This document shows, piece by piece, positions 58,332 through 64,000 of a DNA stretch of 64,000 nucleotides. The notes below the pieces were generated by a model. It saw nothing but the letters and a program-made list of their open reading frames with translations, was not told the DNA's origin and ran no database searches. This DNA is from Candidatus Iainarchaeum sp. (GTDB lineage Archaea; Iainarchaeota; Iainarchaeia; Iainarchaeales; GCA-2688035), in contig JAFCCL010000003.1 of NCBI GenBank assembly GCA_017610205.1, positions 62,353 to 126,352 of the forward strand, written 5' to 3'. Numbering within the stretch: the stretch's first letter is position 1; each line of letters begins with the position of its first letter. The translations under genes were made by a program, and so were the position numbers.

Positions 58332-59072
58332 ATGGGTGTTTTTCGCTTTTGGGAGATTGATGCATTGCGTGGGGTTGCTGTTGTGGCAATGATTGTATTG
58401 CACGTTTTTTTCAACCTGCGTTTTTTTTCCGACATTGTTTTCTTAGATCCTTATATTTTGTGGTTTGCTGCATGGCTTGCAACAAGAACAGCGTTTATTC
58501 TCCTATGCGGACTTTCTTTGACAATAAGCTTTTCAAAAATGCACAGAAAGGAAAAGCCAATTATTAGAAAAAAGTATGTAAAAAGGGGTCTTAGGGTTTT
58601 TGGGCTTGGACTGATTATTACTGTTTTTACGTTTCTTGCCTTCCCTGAACAAATCATTTTTTTCGGAATACTGCACTTTATTGGCATAAGCATTATCCTT
58701 GCAATGCCCTTATATGGCTTGAAATGGAAGAACCTTTTTCTTGCACTGCTGTTTTTTGCAACTGGCTTTTTTCTCGAAGGAACACGTGTTAATACACTGT
58801 GGCTTAGCTGGGTTGGATTTATACCAGGAACATTTCCAACCTTTGACCTTGTTCCACTAATTCCCTGGTTTGGATTCATATTGATAGGTCTTTTCCTGGG
58901 AAACGTACTCTATCCAAAAGGAAAAAGGCTGTTTGCAGTAAAGGAAAGGGGTAGCCAAAAAGGAATTGCACAGCTTACCTGGCTTGGAAGAAATTCTTTA
59001 ATCATATACTTTGCCCACCAGCCAATTTTAATAGCAACTATTGTATTTCTAACAAACACAATGTCAAATTAA
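58332..59072 (+). CDS. DUF1624/heparan-alpha-glucosaminide N-acetyltransferase-like membrane protein
   Basis: RFWEIDALRG, FGILHFIG, DLVPLIPW, LGRNSLIIYFAHQP. Confidence 0.85.
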   Translation: MGVFRFWEIDALRGVAVVAMIVLHVFFNLRFFSDIVFLDPYILWFAAWLATRTAFILLCGLSLTISFSKMHRKEKPIIRKKYVKRGLRVFGLGLIITVFTFLAFPEQIIFFGILHFIGISIILAMPLYGLKWKNLFLALLFFATGFFLEGTRVNTLWLSWVGFIPGTFPTFDLVPLIPWFGFILIGLFLGNVLYPKGKRLFAVKERGSQKGIAQLTWLGRNSLIIYFAHQPILIATIVFLTNTMSN

Positions 59073-59181
59073 CCAACGTTGCCAAATTACCAAACATTCC
59101 TAAATTATCCAAACACCCCCCAAATTAATTCGACACAGTGAAATAGTTAGGTTTATATACTTTGGTTGATGCAATCATTAT

Positions 59182-59586
59182 ATGAAGGCAAAATTTTTGC
59201 TTGTAATCATTTCGTTAATTTTAATGGCTGCAGGAGCCAGTGCTTCCTGTGGTGCCTATTGCTATGGTTCACAGGGCTATTCTGCTATAGACAACGGCTA
59301 TTATGCTGGAACACCAAGCTATTATGGCGGTTCATATTCTAGCTATGAAAGATGGAATGGTTACGAAAACTGGGAATATTATTCTGCTGACGGAAGATAT
59401 TACTCCTATTATGGTCCGTCTTATTATGGTTCTTATTACAATTATCCAAGCTACAATTATTACCATGCCTACAATTACAATTCCTATTATCCTCCTGCAG
59501 TGTATTATTACGAACCCTATTACAACTACTATAATTACGGGGTTCAATACTACAAGCCTGGCTTTAGCATAAGTGTTGGCTGGTAG
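59182..59586 (+). CDS. Secreted Tyr-rich low-complexity protein
   Basis: Signal peptide followed by about 38 Tyr in 134 aa. Confidence 0.7.
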   Translation: MKAKFLLVIISLILMAAGASASCGAYCYGSQGYSAIDNGYYAGTPSYYGGSYSSYERWNGYENWEYYSADGRYYSYYGPSYYGSYYNYPSYNYYHAYNYNSYYPPAVYYYEPYYNYYNYGVQYYKPGFSISVGW

Positions 59587-59646
59587 CTGTCACGCCCGGC
59601 TAGTGCGGGCAAGAGTGCCATCTTCGCTTGGGCTCAATGGCACGGC
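59586..59646. repeat. Structured dispersed element, copy 3
   Basis: gctgtcacgcccggctagtgcgggcaagagtgccatcttcgcttgggctcaatggcacggc. Confidence 0.75.
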
Positions 59647-59729
59647 TTCGCAAGCAAAAGAAGAAGCTTTATAAACTCTTTTTCTTTTAATTTCATAAAA
59701 TTCTGCTTTTTTTTTTAAGTGGTTTAACT

Positions 59730-59861
59730 ATGGGTACTAGAAAGAAGGATTCGTCGCGTTTCAAGAAATCGCACTCTAAACAGCGGTGGAAATGGCATAA
59801 GAAAAAGATGCGAAGAAAGCAGAAGAAAAAGCGCTATTTGAGAAAAAGAGCTAAAAGCTAA
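59730..59861 (+). CDS. rpl41e: Ribosomal protein eL41 (eS32)-like
   Basis: Not in ORF track: MGTRKKDSSRFKKSHSKQRWKWHKKKMRRKQKKKRYLRKRAKS; RWKWxKKxxRR core. Confidence 0.75.
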   Translation: MGTRKKDSSRFKKSHSKQRWKWHKKKMRRKQKKKRYLRKRAKS

Positions 59862-60066
59862 ATGCTTTTAAGCTAAGAGCTAAATGCTTTTGAGTCAAAA
59901 GCTAAATGCTTTTAAGCTAAGAGCTAAATGCTTTTGAGCTAAGAGCTAAATGCTTTTAAGCTAAGAGCTAAATGCTTTTGAGTCAAAAGCTAAATGCTTT
60001 TTTTTTTTGGAAAATTGCCAAGAGCTAAATGCTTTTTTTTAAGAGAATTAAAAGCTAATTGTTTTT
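59853..60066. repeat. 22-bp tandem repeat of hairpin AARAGC-TAAAT-GCTTTT
   Basis: Units at 59853, 59875, 59897, 59919, 59941, 59963 and 59985, plus detached copies near 60020 and 60050. Confidence 0.92.
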
Positions 60067-60078
60067 TTTTACTTTTTT

Positions 60079-60963
60079 TTACAATGGAAGCTGCAGCAAG
60101 TAAATTACTATAAATCCTGCAATGAATACAAGGTATTGTGCGTAGGTAACCCAGTACATTTTTCCCATGTCAATTTTTTGTGGATCTTTTAATGCGGTTT
60201 TGTACAATGGCAGTGCAAGAATCATTGCAATGCCCAAGAAAAGATAAATTGTTGGTAGCACTGTAAGGCAGGTGTAAACGTATGACAGTGCCCCAATTGC
60301 GAGAGAGGCATAAGCAAGCCTTTTCATATTCTTTTCTCCAAACAAAACAACCGAGCTCTTGAGGCCTATTTTTTTCTCGTGCACTTTGCTTGACATTCTG
60401 TACAATCCAAAGCCTCCGAATTGCACTCCAAGGATAAATAACAGCAGGCTTAAAGGCGCGTTGAATGCTGGGACAAACAAAACCCATCCTGCATAAAAGC
60501 GAAAAATTGGATTTACAAGCGAACCGCTTATTAGGTCAACAACAGGTCTCTTTTTCAGATTAAAAGGAGGCATGGTATACATTAATTGGTTGGCAAGCAT
60601 TGCAAGAATGCAGATTGTAAAAAGTCCTGCACAGTCAATAAACCAGGAAATTGAAAGTGAAATAAAAACAAGCAAAATTGAAAAAACCAATGATGCGTTT
60701 GCAGAAACTTTGCCTGAAGGAATTGCCCTGAGCTTTTTTACCGGGTGCATTGCGTCTGCTTTTCTGTCAGTGTAATCGTTTAATGCATAAAGTCCTGACC
60801 AAAGCAATGCAACTGAAGCAAAGCCCCAAATAAATCTTATTGGGTCAAGGCCAATGTGTAAAAAGAGTCCAACTGTAACAGCGGCAATAGCCATGTTTCC
60901 AAAGCTTTTGCTCCATTCTAATGGCCGCATTAACTGCAACAGGCCGTAAAAAAACTTTGACAT
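60079..60963 (-). CDS. UbiA-family prenyltransferase (second paralog)
   Basis: LMRPLEWSK, YALNDYTDRKADAMHPVKKLRAIPSG. Confidence 0.85.
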   Translation of the reverse strand: MSKFFYGLLQLMRPLEWSKSFGNMAIAAVTVGLFLHIGLDPIRFIWGFASVALLWSGLYALNDYTDRKADAMHPVKKLRAIPSGKVSANASLVFSILLVFISLSISWFIDCAGLFTICILAMLANQLMYTMPPFNLKKRPVVDLISGSLVNPIFRFYAGWVLFVPAFNAPLSLLLFILGVQFGGFGLYRMSSKVHEKKIGLKSSVVLFGEKNMKRLAYASLAIGALSYVYTCLTVLPTIYLFLGIAMILALPLYKTALKDPQKIDMGKMYWVTYAQYLVFIAGFIVIYLLQLPL

Positions 60964-61132
60964 AGTTTTATTTGAAGTAAAAAGAATAAATACTTTTGCA
61001 ATTTAATGAATTTGAGTAATTGCTTTCTAAAATGTGAAAGTAAACCTTTTTATTGCAGTTTGGCATTATAGGGTATTGAATAAGCGAAAAAAGGGCTTAT
61101 GTTAAAACAAAAAAAGAGGTGCGGAAAGTAAA

Positions 61133-61501
61133 ATGGCAAAAAAGGTTTTGATTGTTGACGACGAGCCTGATATCAGGATATCAGTGAGGCAGGCTGTTGA
61201 AAATGAGGGTTTTGAGGCAAAAACAGCCAACAATGCAAAACAGGCATTGCGATTACTCCATGGAGAAAAATTTGATCTTGTTCTAATGGATATTTTTATG
61301 CCGGAGATGTCTGGAAGGGACGCGGTTAAAGAAATAAGGGCTGATTCCAAAATTAAAAATCAAAAAGTTGCATTTTTGACGGTTGCTGAGTTGAGTTCTA
61401 ATGGAAAGGCAATAATCAAAAAAATGAATCCTGTTGACTACTTTCAGAAGCCGATTGAATTGAAAGACTTTATCAGGAGATTGAAAAAAATACTGAAATA
61501 A
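61133..61501 (+). CDS. Single-domain response regulator
   Basis: VLIVDDE, DLVLMDIFMPEMSG, FLT, KP. Confidence 0.93.
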   Translation: MAKKVLIVDDEPDIRISVRQAVENEGFEAKTANNAKQALRLLHGEKFDLVLMDIFMPEMSGRDAVKEIRADSKIKNQKVAFLTVAELSSNGKAIIKKMNPVDYFQKPIELKDFIRRLKKILK

Positions 61502-61519
61502 GCATCAAAGTTTTTTTCT

Positions 61520-62074
61520 TTGAAAAAATGGTTGTTTTTAAAAATGGGTTTTTCAAAAGAGCTGGTTGAAAACCAGAACGTGGTTTTGGAATTTGAAAGA
61601 GGTGAATACAATTGTGGAGTTTTAACCGCGAACAGTATTGTTTCAGGTAAATTCAAATCAATTTGTTACATAACTATGTCAAAGTCTGCTACTGCTGTGG
61701 AGGAATTTTTAAAAAAGAGTGGTGTGGATTCAAAAAAATACCGGTTTATTGACTGTGTAAGTAAAAAAACCGGCTTTAAAAAAAACACAAAAAAAACTGT
61801 TTTCATTTCTTCTCCAAGTTCATTGACTGAAATTGGCATTGCAGTAAGCAAATCATTTAAAGAAAAAAAAATAGACCTTCTTTTTTTTGATTCAATTAGT
61901 TCTCTTTTGGTTTACAACAATGAACTTGACTCGGTAAAATTTCTTCATTCTCTTATGGTTTTGGTAAAGGGAACAAAAGCAAAAGCGGTTTATTTAATAA
62001 TGAAAAGCGACCTTAGCAAAAAAGTAGTCAGGGATATAGAGATTTTTTCAGATTCAATAACCTGGCTTGAATAA
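61520..62074 (+). CDS. Degenerate KaiC/RecA-like ATPase-fold protein
   Basis: CYIT, FIDCVS, SPSSLTEI, FFDSISSLLVYN; no Walker A. Confidence 0.65.
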   Translation: MKKWLFLKMGFSKELVENQNVVLEFERGEYNCGVLTANSIVSGKFKSICYITMSKSATAVEEFLKKSGVDSKKYRFIDCVSKKTGFKKNTKKTVFISSPSSLTEIGIAVSKSFKEKKIDLLFFDSISSLLVYNNELDSVKFLHSLMVLVKGTKAKAVYLIMKSDLSKKVVRDIEIFSDSITWLE

Positions 62075-62158
62075 TTCTTTCCTTAAGAGAAAGTCCGTGA
62101 AATAGAGAATTATTAAGTAAAAGAGTTTATTTTAATGTAAATAATCCGGTGCTAAAAA

Positions 62159-63178
62159 ATGTATATGGTTATTGTTCTTGATTTGATTTCTGTTTTCTTA
62201 AGCATTCTTGTTTTCAGTTTATCCCACAAGCTAAAGTCAAGTTTTAAATCACTTCTAAAGCCAACAATTTCTGTTTTTTATATAATCTGCATTTTGGCAC
62301 TTTCACTGGCTTTTCTTGAATTAACAGGTTTTATAGTTGTTGATGACACTCCATTCAATGTCGGGCTTCATATTGCAATTCTTGCAATAATACTTTTGAT
62401 TGTTTTAAGTCTGAACAAAATTAGGGTAAACCAGTTAACAAATGAGTTGAAGGCAAGCAAAGAACTCAACAAATTAAAAATAGAGTTTTTGGCAAGAACA
62501 TCACACGAGCTAAAAACGCCGCTGACCCCTTTGCTGATGCAATTGCAAATGCTGCAAAAAGGTACTTTTGGAAAACTTGATAGAAAACAGCTGGACAGTA
62601 TTGGAATGATTGAACGCAATATCAGAAGATTAAGTGCTTTGATTAATGACATACTTTATTTTAGCAGTTCGAGTTCTGGAAAACTCAAGCTGAATAAATC
62701 GTTGGAAAATCTTAACAAGCTGGTATTTAATGCAGTTAAAACAATGGAAAACAAAGCCAAAAAGAAAGAAATTAAAATTTTGGTTAAAAAAGAAACCATT
62801 CCCCTGATTGAATGTGATTCGGACAGAATCACGGAAATTTTGGTTAATCTTATTGACAATGCAGTAAAGTTTTCTCCAAAAGGAAGCCAGGTTTTAATTG
62901 AAACAAAACAAAAAAACAGTTCTGTTTTGGTAAGTGTGAAAGATGGCGGCATTGGAATAACTGGAGAAAACATGTCAAAATTATTTGAGTCATTTACCCA
63001 ATTTTCTAATGTTACTACACGAAAATATGGCGGCACAGGAATTGGTTTAAGCATTTGCAAAAATTTAATAAACTTGCACAATGGAAAAATTTGGGCAGAA
63101 AGCCAGGGTCCGGGCCAAGGAACAACTCTTTATTTTACTCTGCCACTTAAAAAATCTGACAGAAAGGTATTTAAATGA
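62159..63178 (+). CDS. Membrane sensor histidine kinase
   Basis: SHELKTPLT H-box, NLIDNAVKF, DGGIG, GGTGIGL. Confidence 0.94.
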   Translation: MYMVIVLDLISVFLSILVFSLSHKLKSSFKSLLKPTISVFYIICILALSLAFLELTGFIVVDDTPFNVGLHIAILAIILLIVLSLNKIRVNQLTNELKASKELNKLKIEFLARTSHELKTPLTPLLMQLQMLQKGTFGKLDRKQLDSIGMIERNIRRLSALINDILYFSSSSSGKLKLNKSLENLNKLVFNAVKTMENKAKKKEIKILVKKETIPLIECDSDRITEILVNLIDNAVKFSPKGSQVLIETKQKNSSVLVSVKDGGIGITGENMSKLFESFTQFSNVTTRKYGGTGIGLSICKNLINLHNGKIWAESQGPGQGTTLYFTLPLKKSDRKVFK

Positions 63179-63573
63179 GTATAAAGAATAGATAATAAGT
63201 GAGAGCCTAACTACAGTGTTAAAACTGTAGTTTTTCCAGAAAATGCGAATTTTTACCAACTTTGTTGGTAGCAATGGGAAAATGTTGGTCGCACACACCG
63301 TGCTGTCAGCATGCAGGTTCAATGAGCGAAAATGAGTTCCGCAGTTTTTTGTGGGATGATGTAGGCTTGCGTTGAATGAGTTCAATAAACGCAAAGACAA
63401 CCAATTCTAAGTAAGTTTCTAAAACACTTTACAACACTCTACGCGGAGCGAAATGAATTTGCAACAGCAAATTCGCTTTTTCGCAAACCTTTTGGAAAAA
63501 GGTTTTTTGCCTGATGCGATTCATCCCAATTCTGGCAACAGCCAATTTGTGGCAAGAAGAATTGTATAGTGTA

Positions 63574-64000
63574 ATTCCAGCTGATCCTGCTGGAGGATAC
63601 TGCTATCGAAATCCGATTTAGACATGCAAGTCTTAAAGACGTATACGGCGTCTTTGGCGGACGGCTCAGTAACACGTGGGTAATCTACCCTTGAGATTGG
63701 TAAATCCCGGGAAACTGGGGATAATGCCTAATAGGCAATTGGCACTGGAATGTCCTTTTGCCCAAAGCTCTTGCACCATGCAAGCAAGCGCTCAAGGATG
63801 AGCCTGCGGTGGATTAGGTAGTTGGTGGGGTAAATGCCCACCAAGCCGTTGATCCATACGGGCCTTGAGAGAGGTAGCCCGGAGAAGGACACTGAGATAA
63901 GGGTCCTAGCCCTACGGGGTGCAGCAGTCGCGAAACCTTTACAATGCACGAAAGTGTGATAGGGGGATTTCGAGTGCAAGCTTTGCTTGCTTTTGCCAAG
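63574..64000 (+). rRNA. rrs: Archaeal 16S rRNA, 5' part (truncated by window end)
   Basis: ATTCCAGCTGATCCTGCTGGA, CATGCAAGTC, GCTCAGTAACACGTG, CCTACGGGGTGCAGCAG. Confidence 0.96.

Noticed and set aside
59853-60066. Possible CRISPR array
   Set aside because: Linkers are 5 nt and nearly invariant; no unique spacers and no cas genes
63439-63999. Minus-strand ORFs at the window end
   Set aside because: They overlap the 16S rRNA and its leader

Overview
AT-rich archaeal chromosome segment. Archaeal markers include FEN1, aMBF1, DGGGP synthase, archaeal TyrRS, eL40, eL41 and the 5' end of a divergent archaeal 16S rRNA. Gene content and 16S primer-site mismatches suggest a DPANN lineage, possibly Iainarchaeota/Diapherotrites-like (inference). 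1-22.8 kb: cysS and a largely bacterial-style, folate-dependent purine cluster (purB, C, E, N, T, H, D, A, guaB, folC, folD, 5-FCL), plus tyrS, ribL and an ECF transporter. 22.8-39.6 kb: accessory region with two sigma-70-like genes, a frameshifted alkD, an IS66-family element and toxin-antitoxin cassettes around tRNA-Leu, tRNA-Ser and tRNA-Asn. 40-51 kb: ftsZ, site-2 protease, fen1, thiM-thiE-thiC-thiL and eL40. 51.4-57.7 kb: tRNA-Glu island with a split surface metalloprotease and RelE modules. 58-64 kb: eL41, a tandem repeat, a second UbiA, a two-component module and the 16S rRNA start. Most notable: (1) sigma-70-like proteins that share Lys/Arg/Pro-rich N-terminal leaders with scattered orphan genes; (2) an integrase-less cassette array at tRNA-Ser punctuated by a ~120-bp triple-box/phased-T-tract repeat; (3) a dispersed hairpin element with covariation; (4) a CARDB-like domain split between two separately secreted proteins. 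All calls come from motif recognition by eye; no searches were run.
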